A DNA stretch of 64,000 bases, taken from assembly GCA_038087875.1 (NCBI GenBank), contig CM075996.1, forward strand, positions 1,054,001-1,118,000. Direction: 5' to 3'. The notes under the pieces were generated by a model. That model worked only from the letters and a program-made list of their open reading frames with translations, was not told the DNA's origin and made no database searches. This DNA comes from Malacoraja senta (lineage: Eukaryota). The position numbers were made by a program, and so were the translations under genes. Below are positions 11,195 to 22,870 of the stretch, piece by piece (the first letter of the stretch is position 1; every line of letters begins with the position of its first letter).

Positions 11195-11510
11195 ATGCCA
11201 CAGGAGAAAGAAGGCAATGTGACTGTAGTTGTCCGGATCAGACCTCAGAATCATCGAGAATTGGAAACCGAAAGCCATGCTGTTACACAAATGGTGGATG
11301 AAAATGTCCTGGTCTTTGACCCACAGGAAGAAATTAATGACATGTTTTCAGGAGCTAAGTTCAGAGATCGGGGCGTAACATGTCGGAAAAGGAAAGACCT
11401 GAAATTTGTATTTGACAGAGTTTTTAATGAAAACTCTACCCAACTAGAACTGTTTGAGTTCACAACTAAACAAATTTTGGAAGGAGTTTTGAATGGATAC
11501 AATTGCTCAG
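11195..11510 (+). CDS. KIF18B: Coding exon 1 (motor N-terminus, MPQEKEGNVTVVVRIRP...NGYNCS)
   Basis: Acceptor near 11139 or 11145, ATG at 11195, donor CAG|GTAAGC, phase 1. Confidence 0.92.
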
Positions 11511-11544
11511 GTAAGCGTTAAAGCTGCAGGTATTGGTTGAAAGC

Positions 11545-12130
11545 GGTACCCGGACGTGGCGTCGAAGGACAAGAAGCCGGAGCAAAGAAGTCAAAGCCAA
11601 ATAATCAAATTGAAACTAAGCCGAAATGCCAAATAACCAAAAGCATACGAAGCCGAAACGTCAACAAACCGAAAGCATACAAAGCCGAAACGCCAACAAA
11701 CCGAAAGCATACAAAGCCGAAACGCCAACAAACCGAAAGGCTGCGTCGCCTAAAAGCCAACGAACCGAATGCCGCTCTGCCGAAAAGTCAAATCACGGAC
11801 ATGACGTCGCCGGGGGGCGGGACCTGTCAGCGATTGTTCCAGACCCCTGCGTCCATTACATCACTGGCCGTTGGAGACGGGAGGGTGGGGGTCATTTTCC
11901 CATACAAGCCATTATTTGACTTTTCGGCAGAGCGGCATTCGGTTAGTTGGCTTGTAGGCGACGCAACCTTTCGGTTAGTTGGCTTTTCGGCGTCCCGCCC
12001 TTTTGGTTCGTTGGCGTTTTGGCTTCGTATGCTTTCGGTTATTTGGCGTTTCGGCTTCGTTTCCATTTGGCTATTTGGCTTTGACTTCTTTGCTCCGGCT
12101 TCTCGTCCTTCGACGCCACGTCCGCACACG
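11545..12130. mobile_element. Foldback/MULE-like non-autonomous DNA transposon with long repeat-built TIRs
   Basis: Arms 11551-11793 and 11914-12124 are reverse complements. TSD gttgaaagc at 11536-11544 and 12131-12139. Confidence 0.85.
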
Positions 12131-12478
12131 GTTGAAAGCATTGAACCCATGTAGCTCCAATGTTGCAATAAAACTGTATTTGTACTGAGTGAAGTTAGCC
12201 AGCTCAAGCCCATTTATACAACTACAGATACTTTTTTTGATGTGAACAATTTGTAATGGTGTTTCTGCACTGTATATATTTCTTACTGTACTCTAAGCAT
12301 CTTTATTATTTGACAACATTAATTATGTGTTGTATGAGAGGCTAAATGTGATAGTTTTTTCATTTTAATTCCAAGGATAATGGTCTCTTCTACACAACGT
12401 TCAGAGTTTTTGTTGAACCTTAAATGTGCATGCTTTGTAATATATAGTATAATGCTCCATGGTCTAGAACAAGTTAAA

Positions 12479-12614
12479 GAAGAGACACAAAAAGCTGGAG
12501 TAACTCAACGGGACAGGCAGCATCTCCAGAGATGTGCCTATCCCGCTGAGTTACTCCAGCTTTTTGTGTCTATCTTCGGTTTAAACCAGCATCTGCAGTT
12601 CCTTCCTACACACC
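12479..12614. mobile_element. Palindromic Penelope-tail insertion
   Basis: TSD agaacaagttaaa/agaataagttaaa; inverted arms. Confidence 0.8.
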
Positions 12615-12819
12615 AGAATAAGTTAAATTCTTTGTGGTTATTTACAGAAGTCTTGCAATTGACCTGTTAGTGTGTCTGGGCCATTTCCCTCGGGGTTGGA
12701 AAATCTTTGAAAATCAGACTAAAATACTGAGGCACTAAGTGAATACAGCTGAGTAAACCATTGCCATATTGAGTGGTGCTTAGATTGCTTCATGCACTAC
12801 CTGAATGATAGTATATACT

Positions 12820-13545
12820 CCAACACCACAGGAGACAGGCAAGTGGATCACGGTTGGGAGAGGCAAGGGGCACAGGCAGGGACTAGAGAGTACCCCGGTG
12901 GCTGTACACCTTGACAATAAGTACTCCTGTTTGAGCACTGTTGGGGTGGACAGCCTACCTGGGGGTAGCGACAGCGGCCGGGCCTCCGGTATAGAGACCG
13001 GTCCTGTTGCTCAGAAGGGTAAGGGAAAGAAGAGGAGGGCAATATTAATAGGGGACTCTATAGTTAGGGGGTCAGACAGGCGATTCTGTGGACGCAGTCG
13101 GGAGACCCGGATGGTAGTTTGCCTCCCTCGTGCCGGGGTCTGTGATGTGTCTCAACGTGTCCAAGACATCCTGAAAGGGCAGGGAGAGGAGCCCGAAGTC
13201 GTGATACATATAGGTACCAATGACATAGGTAAAAAAAGAGAAGAGGTCCTGAAAGGAGAATTTAGGGAGTTAGGAGGGGAGTTAAAGAGAAGGACAGCGA
13301 AGGTAACAATCTCGGGATTACTGCCTGTGCCACGCGACAGTGAGAGTAGGAATGGAGCGAGGTGGAGGATAAATGCGTGGCTGAAGGACTGGTGCAGAAG
13401 GCAGGGATTCAAATTTCTGGATCATTGGGACCTCTTTTGTGGAAGGTACGACCTGTACAAAAAGGATGGGTTGCACTTGAACCTGAGGGGGACCGATATC
13501 CTGGCGGGGAGATCTGCAAAGGCTACTGGGGAGACTTTAAACTAG
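12820..13545 (+). CDS. CR1 ORF1 C-terminal part, SGNH/GDSL esterase domain
   Basis: IGDSIV, HIGTND and DGLHLN blocks. Confidence 0.9.
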   Translation, partial: PTPQETGKWITVGRGKGHRQGLESTPVAVHLDNKYSCLSTVGVDSLPGGSDSGRASGIETGPVAQKGKGKKRRAILIGDSIVRGSDRRFCGRSRETRMVVCLPRAGVCDVSQRVQDILKGQGEEPEVVIHIGTNDIGKKREEVLKGEFRELGGELKRRTAKVTISGLLPVPRDSESRNGARWRINAWLKDWCRRQGFKFLDHWDLFCGRYDLYKKDGLHLNLRGTDILAGRSAKATGETLN

Positions 13546-16500
13546 AATGGTTGGGGGGAGGGACTCAAATAGAGAATGCTATTAGACAGTGTGTGAGGCA
13601 GGAGGCAGAGAAGGAAAGCACTCAGACCCAACATGTAGGGGGGAAAGAAGAAAACAATAATAAACAGAGAATAAGAGGTGGTGGGGTTCTTAAATGGGTG
13701 AGCAGAGAAACAGAGGGGTGCAAAATGCGGGCGGAAGCAATAGGTAGCAAGGTGAAAAGTAAAAGTGGCAGGCAGACAAATCCAGGGCAAAAATCAAAAA
13801 GAGCCACTTTCCAACATAATTGTATAAGGGGTAAGAGCGTTGTAAAAACAAGCCTGAAGGCTTTGTGTCTCAATGCAAGGAGCATTCGTAATAAGGTCGA
13901 TGAGTTGAACGTGCAGATAGCAATTAATGATTATGATATAGTTGGGATCACGGAGACATGGCTCCAGGGTGACCAAGGCTGGGAGCTGAACATCCAGGGA
14001 TATTCAATATTCAGGAGGGATAGAGAGAAAGGAAAAGGAGGTGGGGTAGCGTTGCTGGTTAGAGAGGAGATTAACGCAGTGGAAAGGAAGGACATTAGCT
14101 TGGAGGATGTGGAATCGGTATGGGTAGAGCTACGAAATACTAAGGGGCAGAAAACGCTGGTGGGTGTTGTGTACAGGCCACCTAGCAGTAGTAGTGAAGT
14201 TGGGGATGGCATCAAACAGGAAATTAGAAATGCGTGCAACAAAGGCAAAACAGTTATAATGGGTGACTTCAATCTACATATAGATTGGGTGAATCAAATT
14301 GGCAGGGGTGCTGAGGAAGAGGATTTCTTGGAATGTATGAGGGATAGTTATCTAAACCAACATGTAGAGGAACCAACGAGAGAGCAGGCTATTCTAGACT
14401 GGGTATTGAGTAATGAGGAAGGGTTAGTTAGCAGACTTGTTGTGCGTGCCCCCTTGGGCAAGAGTGACCATAATATGGTTGAGTTCTTCATTAGGATGGA
14501 GAGTGACATTGTTAATTCAGAAACAACGGTTCTGAACTTAAAGAAAGGTAACTTTGAGGATATGAGACGTGAATTGGCCAAGATTGACTGGCAATTAGTT
14601 CTAAAAGCGTTGACGGTGGATATGCAATGGAAGGCATTTAAAGACTGCATGGATGAACTACAAAAAATGTTCATCCCAGTTGGGCAAAAGAATAAATCAG
14701 GGAAGGTAGTGCATCCGTGGATAACAAGGGAAATCAGGGATAGTATCAAAGCAAAAGATGTTGCGTACAAATTAGCCAGAAAAAGCAGCATACCAGAGGA
14801 CTGGGAGAAATTCAGAGACCAGCAGAGGAGGACAAAGGGCTTAATTAGGAAAGTGAAAATAGATTATGAAAGGAAACTGGCAGGGAACATAAAAACTGAC
14901 TGCAAAAGTTTTTATAGATATGTGAAGAGAAAGAGATTAGTTAAAACAAATGTAGGTCCCTTGCAGTCAGAAACAGGTGAATTGATCATGGGGAACAAGG
15001 ATATGGCGGACCAATTGAATAACTACTTTGGTTCCGTCTTCACTAAGGAAGACATAAATAATCTGCCGGAAATAGCAGGGGGCCGCGGGTCAAAGGAGAT
15101 GGAGGAACTGAGTGAAATCCAGGTTAGTCGGGAAGTGGTGTTGGGTAAATTGAATGGATTAAAGACCGATAAATCACCAGGGCCAGATAGGCTGCATCCC
15201 AGAGTACTTAAGGAAGTAGCTCCAGAAATAGTGGATGCATTAGTGATAATTTTTCAAAATTCTTTAGATTCTGGAGTAGTTCCTGAGGATTGGAGGGTAG
15301 CAAATGTAACCCCACTTTTTAAGAAGGGAGGGAGAGAGAAAACGGGGAATTACAGACCAGTTAGTCTAACATCGGTAGTGGGGAAACTGCTAGAGTCAGT
15401 TATTAAAGATGGGATAGCAGCACATTTGGAAAGTGGTGAAATCATTGGACAAAGTCAGCATGGATTTACGAAAGGTAAATCGTGTCTGACGAATCTTATA
15501 GAATTTTTCGAGGATGTAACTAGTAGAGTGGATAGGGGAGAACCAGTGGATGTGTTGTATCTGGACTTTCAGAAGGCTTTCGACAAGGTACCACATAAGA
15601 GATTAGGATACAAACTTAAATCACACGGTATTGGGGGTTCAGTATTGATGTGGATAGAGAACTGGCTGGCAAACAGGAAGCAAAGAGTAGGAGTAAACGG
15701 GTCCTTTTCACAATGGCAGGCTGTGACTAGTGGGGTACCGCAAGGCTCAGTGCTGGGACCCCAGCTATTTACAATTTATATTAATGATCTGGACGAGGGA
15801 ATTGAAAGCAACATCTCCAAGTTTGCGGATGACACTAAGCTGGGGGGCAGTGTTAGCTGTGAGGAGGATGCTAGGAGACTGCAAGGTGACTTGGATAGGC
15901 TGGGTGAGTGGGCAAATGTTTGGCAGATGCAGTATAATGTGGATAAATGTGAGGTTATCCACTTTGGTGGCAAAAACGGGAAGGCAGACTATTATCTAAA
16001 TGGTGGCCGATTAGGAAATGGGGAGGTGCAGCGAGACCTGGGTGTGATGGTACACCAGTCATTGAAAGTAGGCATGCAGGTGCAGCAGGCAGTGAAGAAA
16101 GCGAATGGTATGTTGGCCTTCATAGCAAGAGGATTTGAGTATAGGAGCAGGGAGGTTCTACTGCAGTTGTACAGGGTCTTGGTGAGACCACACCTGGAGT
16201 ATTGCGTACAGTTTTGGTCTCCAAATCTGAGGAAGGACATTATAGCCATAGAGGGAGTGCAGAGAAGGTTCACCAGACTGATTCCTGGGATGTCAGGACT
16301 TTCATATGAAGAAAGACTGGATAGACTTGGCTTATACTCGCTAGAATTTAGGAGATTGAGAGGGGATCTTATAGAAACGTACAAAATTCTTATGGGGTTG
16401 GACAGGCTAGATGCAGGAAGATTGTTCCCGATGTTGGGGAAGTCCAGGACAAGGGGTCACAGCTTAAGGATAAGGGGGAAATCCTTTAAGACCGAGATGA

Positions 16501-16661
16501 GGAAAAACTTTTTCACACAGAGAGTGGTGAATCTCTGGAACTCTCTGCCACAGAGGGTAGTTGACGCCAGTTCATTGGCTATATTTAAGAGGGAGTTAGA
16601 TGTGGCCCTTGTGGCTAAAGGGATCAGGGGGTATGGAGAGAAGGCAGGTACGGGATACTGA
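13536..16661 (+). CDS. CR1 ORF2: APE endonuclease + reverse transcriptase (first in-frame Met at 13725; frame open from before the ORF1 stop)
   Basis: NARS, ITETW, MGDFN and SDH (APE); YRPVSLTS, QHGF, DFQKAFDKV, GVPQGSVLGP and FADD (RT). No stops in the frame. Confidence 0.93.
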   Translation, partial: FKLEWLGGGTQIENAIRQCVRQEAEKESTQTQHVGGKEENNNKQRIRGGGVLKWVSRETEGCKMRAEAIGSKVKSKSGRQTNPGQKSKRATFQHNCIRGKSVVKTSLKALCLNARSIRNKVDELNVQIAINDYDIVGITETWLQGDQGWELNIQGYSIFRRDREKGKGGGVALLVREEINAVERKDISLEDVESVWVELRNTKGQKTLVGVVYRPPSSSSEVGDGIKQEIRNACNKGKTVIMGDFNLHIDWVNQIGRGAEEEDFLECMRDSYLNQHVEEPTREQAILDWVLSNEEGLVSRLVVRAPLGKSDHNMVEFFIRMESDIVNSETTVLNLKKGNFEDMRRELAKIDWQLVLKALTVDMQWKAFKDCMDELQKMFIPVGQKNKSGKVVHPWITREIRDSIKAKDVAYKLARKSSIPEDWEKFRDQQRRTKGLIRKVKIDYERKLAGNIKTDCKSFYRYVKRKRLVKTNVGPLQSETGELIMGNKDMADQLNNYFGSVFTKEDINNLPEIAGGRGSKEMEELSEIQVSREVVLGKLNGLKTDKSPGPDRLHPRVLKEVAPEIVDALVIIFQNSLDSGVVPEDWRVANVTPLFKKGGREKTGNYRPVSLTSVVGKLLESVIKDGIAAHLESGEIIGQSQHGFTKGKSCLTNLIEFFEDVTSRVDRGEPVDVLYLDFQKAFDKVPHKRLGYKLKSHGIGGSVLMWIENWLANRKQRVGVNGSFSQWQAVTSGVPQGSVLGPQLFTIYINDLDEGIESNISKFADDTKLGGSVSCEEDARRLQGDLDRLGEWANVWQMQYNVDKCEVIHFGGKNGKADYYLNGGRLGNGEVQRDLGVMVHQSLKVGMQVQQAVKKANGMLAFIARGFEYRSREVLLQLYRVLVRPHLEYCVQFWSPNLRKDIIAIEGVQRRFTRLIPGMSGLSYEERLDRLGLYSLEFRRLRGDLIETYKILMGLDRLDAGRLFPMLGKSRTRGHSLRIRGKSFKTEMRKNFFTQRVVNLWNSLPQRVVDASSLAIFKRELDVALVAKGIRGYGEKAGTGY

Positions 16662-19292
16662 GTTGGATGATCAGCCATGATCATATTGAATGGCGGTGCA
16701 GGCTCGAAGGGCCGAATGGCCTACTCCTGCACCTATTTTCTATGTATCTATGTATCTATGTATATATGCTAGTATAACCACTGGTACTTTTATTAATGAC
16801 ACTTAAGGACTTAAGGAACACCTATTATCGTCTTCACCTGCTGCATGTCACTCTAATTACAAATTACTTATGCCCCTCACAATTATATATACCCCGACAA
16901 GGTCCCCCCTCAGCCTCCTACGTTTCTTGAGAATAAGTATTGATGAGAAATATTCATTTAACATCTCGCCCATCTGCTCTGTCTCCACACATGACAACCA
17001 CGTCGATCCTATTCTTCCCCCTAGTTATCCTTTTGCTCTTAATATACTTGTACAATCTCTTGGGATTCCCCTTTTCCTCTATCATCACCCAGAGATCCTC
17101 ACCCTGCCAGCCTTGCCCATCACTTTAACATGTTGTAGTTGAATTCTCCCTATTTTACTTTAAATAAAATCCTGCTTGCAAGAAGTCCTTTCATCTTCAA
17201 ACATGTTTCCCCAATCAACCCTTTCCAGCATTGTTTTTGTCCTAGATTCCAGCATCTGTAGTCTCATTTCTCATTAAAAAAATGATTTTGTTCCGCTGTG
17301 ACATGTTTTTGCATTTTGAATGGAGTTTCTGTCTCTTGGATTTTAAATTGGTATCCTCTGCCTTCCATCACTTCTCTGGAGCCATCTGGTCCATTGTCTA
17401 CCATCCCCCTTCCCAATCTCTCCCTCCCTTGCCCTTTCCCTCTTGGACCCATTTCATTCTGCTTTGCCAGTTTCTCTTGTTTTTGCCCTCTATCTCTCTG
17501 ATTACTCCGAGATTGGCATTTGGAGGTGGATACATTCATTTAGCTGATGTGGGGAATTGTTGTTACTGAACTCGTATCCTTTGTGGCTATTTAAATTTTT
17601 ATCGTCATCTTTAATCTCCTAAACAGCGACTTAAAGCCATGGCCCAACCTCTACTTGCTGTCATTCCTCAATATGCCACATATCAATGAGAATCAGCATC
17701 GTCTTGGCAGGCTTGTTAAACAAAGATTTGTCATTTCACTCATTTGAGAAACTGCCCTTTTTAAGTCAATTAAATAGTCAAAATGCTTTGTGTTATGCAT
17801 CAAAAATGTGAGGAGAACATGGAGGCCTTTTGAAAATGTCAGGCACATTAGCTGTTAAAACTTAAACTCAGTTGGGTTAAAGTTGTTTCAGTTTAGTGAT
17901 GAATTTTGAAATACAGTCTGTCAATGATCAGCAATATAAATATGTTTGCAATTAATCCTGGAATTTTGGACTGCAATCAAATGTTAACCCTTTCCACAGT
18001 CCTACTTTATATTTACAACCCTGAGGCAACGTTATGATGGAAAAGATTACTGTCTGAAAGTAGTTTAAGCAGATAGCATGTCACCAGTGACATAAGTATT
18101 TTTGTGCTCCTGTGTTTTGATAGCTTCAGTCAAAGTAGCACAAAGTTTATTCCTTATTAATTCTAACTTTCCACCAGAGGGGTAAAATTTTTACCAAATT
18201 TTATAGACCAGATATCCATTACTCACAATAAGCATAAATCTGGAGGTGAAAGCTCAGAATGAAACAGATTTACAAGCCACAAGTATCACTGGTGCAATTC
18301 TTCTCCATTGCTTGAAGAATACTTCTCCAAAGTAGAATCTATAAGGGCTGTTGTTTCACTTGAGCAGATTGAAATGTGATGGAGTTCATTAATCTAAAGT
18401 AACCCGCAAGTTCATTGAGTGCAGCTTCAGGGAAAGCAGGTACAATTTGCACAGTGTATGATTTTGCTGACCATACAATATTATCTTTGTTGAGTGTGCC
18501 TCTTACCATTTTCTGTTGTATGACTGTATAGTGTTGCTCATTTGAACAGAGTATCATGTTGGATGAAGCCTTCTTCTGACCTTTAATGAATATTCAACTG
18601 AGACAGACAAGAGTAACTTCGAAATAAACTCAGATTAGGCGTGAATTTCTTCAGCTGTGCCTCAGCCAGTATTCTGGGTCTTCAGAAGATTCAAGCTTCA
18701 TTCCAGAGCATAATTAAATGTCTACTTCAGTGGTGCACAAATATTTTTGAGAGGGCCAGATTTATGATTCAAACTACATCCAAGAGTCATTCAGGCAGGT
18801 TCTCTGAAGAGAGTTAAAATTTAATGTCAATAACCTTTTCACATAGTCATTTTTAATAAAATTTTCCATTTTTATTTCAGACTTTCAAGATTCTGCATTT
18901 GGATTACTAAATTTTAGCCATGTTTACAGATACATATGCTGCAATTCTTGTTGCTGAAATCAGCCTAACAATTTCTGGTGCTAAAAAATAATTGCTGAAA
19001 TATCTAGCAGATCTAATCAACATCAGTAGAATAACAAACAGTTACCTTTTGGGGCCCATGATCTTGCATTAGATTCGATGATAGAATGTAATTGGGACAA
19101 CCAAACATGTCAAATTCATTTTGAAATTAATTTTTGAAGGTGAAAATGTTTCTATTTCCACAAATACATTTGTAAACTAATGAAGACCGACACTAGCGAC
19201 AGCGTGTACGGAAAACCTATGCTTGTTTCTATCTACATGCAACTGCTGTAATATCTTACATGAGAGTTTCAAATATATCTTTCATTTTTCAG

Positions 19293-19450
19293 TCTTTGCC
19301 TACGGTGCAACAGGATCTGGCAAGACCCATACGATGCTGGGCAGCGTGGATCAGCCTGGAGTAATGTACCTCACGATGCAGCAGCTCTACGAGAGAATCG
19401 AACAAATGAAAGATGAGAAAATTTGTGAAGTTGCTGTCTCGTATTTGGAG
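19293..19450 (+). CDS. KIF18B: Coding exon 2 (P-loop [14 protein letters not shown]...SYLE)
   Basis: TTTTTCAG acceptor; GC donor GAG|GCAAGT. Confidence 0.93.
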
Positions 19451-21320
19451 GCAAGTTAGAAACAAAATTTGAACAGTTCGTTTTAAATGTAGTATTGTAG
19501 TATTTTTCAATCTTTAATATTTTATATTGTTTTGTTTTTATTATTTAAATTACTAGCACACCAGCCAGTTTCTGTTCAGTTGTTTGCAGAACGATGATAC
19601 AAATTCAGCGGAGAGATTTTTTGCCTTTGCTGGATACCAGTGTAGCACAAATGCTATGGGATTGGGACTTAGCTGGATTTCCGTATCCAGATTGGAATGC
19701 CGAGCTCCGCCCAGTTCTATGGGTGAAAATAGGTAGACCTCTGGAGCTCTGCTGTCATTCCAGTAGAATATTAGATTGTGTCATCAGCCTATCCCTTCTA
19801 CACCATTATCATCTGAATATGATGAAATGTGATTCCCTCACACTTAATCCATGGTAACATTCAAACTGAGGCATCAACAATTCCAGCACGCTCATTCTTG
19901 CTGTTGACTGTAATGCCAACTATTACCAAACATTTAAGCACAATGGAATTAAATGATCATTTTCATTTGGGATTTTTTTTTAAAGGTAATTATCTGGAAA
20001 TACTGAGCAGCAGTTATTTCTTGGAGTTCCGAATAAATTACTTGAAAATTACTCCAAGTATCCACAAGTATTTACAATCCCATCTACAAAAGGAGCATAA
20101 TACTCTGATAACTGTTTTAGATTAATGTAACCATAGGAAGTTGAGTTGTTGTGAGACCCCTGTGTGAGTGTAATGTGCTGTGGATGCCTCCAGCTGCCCA
20201 GCCCAAAATGACAGTGACAGAAATGTTCCTGCAAGAAAATGTGCATCTTGACAAACTTGCAAAGAAAGTGTAAAGCAAAAAACAATATCTAATATAAAAT
20301 TGAAAATGCTGAAATCACTCTGGTTTGGCAGAGTCTGTGGAAAGTGAAACAGGGTTAATGTTTCGAGTCACTGACTTTATATCAGGAAAACAAAGAATTG
20401 AAACAAATTTAAGTTGTGGAGAAGAGGTTGGGGGGGGGGGGGGTGGGGTTTGGAGAAAAGAAAGGGCATATCTGTATAGGGGTGGACAGAGGTGAATGAT
20501 ACATAGTGATGATGTTTGCTGATGATGGTTAATGAAACCATGTTAATCACAGGAAATGGAAATAGAAGATAAACAGAAATAGAAAGAAGAAAGGGATGAG
20601 AAAAAAGATGCGCTGCTGGAATTGTAAGCAGCACTGCAAGTACTAGAATTCTGGAAAGAAAAAGAGTCAATATTACACGATAATGACCATTCGGATGAGC
20701 CAGTATTCCAGTGTATGTTGATGTCAGTGTCTAACAGTAGAAAAGCTAGAATGGAAGTGGGACATAGAATTAAAGAGTCAGACAACTGAATAATCAGAAT
20801 CACTCACAGTCTGAATTAAGGTTTTCCATCTCTTGGGTTTCTACAATCTACCAAATGCAATGTCCTAAATGGAAACGGTACAAGCAAATAACTGCTTCAC
20901 CCAATGGATACAAAAATGTTTGTGAATACAAAAATAAACGAAATAACCCTAACCCTTTTGACTTAATACTAGGGAGTATTAATGGGTAAGTATGTGCTAA
21001 AAAAAAATTAAGTAATTAATATAACAAATAAGGTTTTATTTTTAAATGTTTATTTTGAATGTTTCCACGGAGTGATCACTGCTCCTGTGCATTGCAGTGT
21101 ATACTAACACCTGTGATGTGATTTAGCATCTGCTCAGGGCCTTGGCCCAGCTGTTACCCTTGCCTCAGTAACATGAAATATTATCACAGTAATTTCTGGT
21201 TCTTTATAAGCTATTTTATTTGTTTGAACATTTTGGAGAGCATGAATTTTATTGCTAGTTTGTACTTTTTCTTGATTCCTTAATGTTAATTATATATTTT
21301 TTCTCTCACTGTGCCGTCAG

Positions 21321-21425
21321 GTGTATAACGAACAGATCCAAGACCTGCTTGAACCCAAGGGCTCACTGGCTGTGAGAGAGGATCCACAGAAAGGAACAGT
21401 TGTTCAGAGGCTGAGCTTCCATCAG
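21321..21425 (+). CDS. KIF18B: Coding exon 3 ([14 protein letters not shown]...LSFHQ)
   Basis: CAG acceptor, CAG|GTGGGT donor, 105 nt. Confidence 0.93.
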
Positions 21426-22759
21426 GTGGGTCACAATCACTGTGCCATTCACAACTGCGCTGATTCACCACTGCTGTGCTGTTGGCTGCATTAGTGTAAT
21501 CATTAACTCCCTGCTCGACATTTGTTGATGGTGGATGTGATGACAATGAAATCTATTTATTGATTTTTAAATAATGACATTTTATTGCATCTTAAATCAT
21601 CTCCAAGGTTTTGCAGAGCAGGATGAGTTTGAGATTGCGTTGGAATTTTTACAAAGTACTATTTTTATTCACGGTGGTTACTCTTGTGTGGACGAACACC
21701 AGAAATGCGACTCAGTTTTATGGAGTTTCTCTGCCTTGTAAACTAATAACAGAGGCTTGGTTGGATCGCATCTTAAATATGTTCTCATCTCCACATTATA
21801 GAGATATCGGAGGAAGTGCAAAAAGATTTACAGGATAGAGTGGAATTATCTCTATTGGAAACAGATTAAGGCCAAATTCTCAAAACAAAGTTGAAATTGA
21901 CCCAAATAGAAGTCTTTAAGATTCTGAACATTTAATGGAGTAAATGTTTCCCTTGCAAGTGATCACAGAACCACTGGCCATAAATATAAACTCTAATCAC
22001 TAATAAATCCACTCAAGAATTCAGGCAAAACTTTTAAACTTGCATTTATATAGTGCAATTGCTGCCATGTCGAGTAGTTGAGGGACATTAGGTTCGCCTA
22101 CTAATTCTCAATCTGGTATTAGGAGTGAAGCAAAAAAGGGAGCCATTAGAGGATAGACACAAAGCTGGAGTAACTCAGCGGGACAGGCAGCATCTCTGGA
22201 GAGAAGTAATGAGTGATGTTTTTCTTCGAGACCCTTCAGACTGGAAGAACTTGGTGGATGAGGCAACATCTGTGGCAGGAAATAGACAGTTGATAATTTG
22301 GGTCTGGTCCCTATATTTCGTGGCCCCATCACGAAACATCATCTATCCAGTCCCACAACAGACGCTGCCAGACCTGCTGAGTTCCTCCAACGGTTCTATT
22401 TTTCGCCAATTCCAACAGTGCACTCTTCTTTGAGAAGTGAAGGATGTCTGACAATATCTTGCAATGTCTTATTTATATGTGATATATGCCGCAAAGTTAT
22501 ATAAACATTTGGGAAGGGAGGTGGCACGGAGATGGAGCTATCACAAGAGAATATTCCATAATCAATTTAAGGGCCATAAGACAACTTTGTGGCCCTTAAA
22601 AAAGATCTATGATCAATTCTCGTCACCCCACCAAGCAATAGCACTAAAGTTCTGCTCTGATTACTGGTAGGTCATGACATAAACCCTTTCTAAAAGTGAC
22701 GGAAGCTTAATTTGCTGAGTCTAAAAGTTGACTTTTCTGTTTTTTTCCCTATCCTTCAG

Positions 22760-22870
22760 CCCAAGACTGCCAAAGAGCTCTTAGAGATGTTGGCAAGTGG
22801 AAACCAGAACAGGACCCAGCATCCCACTGACGCCAACGCCACATCCTCGCGATCCCATGCTGTCTTTCAG
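22760..22870 (+). CDS. KIF18B: Coding exon 4 (PKTAKE...[12 protein letters not shown], switch I)
   Basis: CAG acceptor, GT donor, 111 nt. Confidence 0.93.

Larger units (their letters stand above)
12818..16762 (+). mobile_element. Young CR1 LINE, 5'-truncated within ORF1, with intact ORF2 and a (TATGTATC)n tail
   Basis: ORF1 fragment, ORF2, 3' UTR and microsatellite tail ctatgtatctatgtatctatgtat. Confidence 0.95.

Noticed and set aside
11537-12213. 205-aa and 128-aa ORFs on opposite strands
   Set aside because: Mirror translations of the TIRs of a foldback MITE; no transposase motifs.
13542-16684. Multiple antisense ORFs over the CR1 copies (also 28924-31256 and 34466-35035)
   Set aside because: Shadow frames of ORF2 with no independent coding signal.
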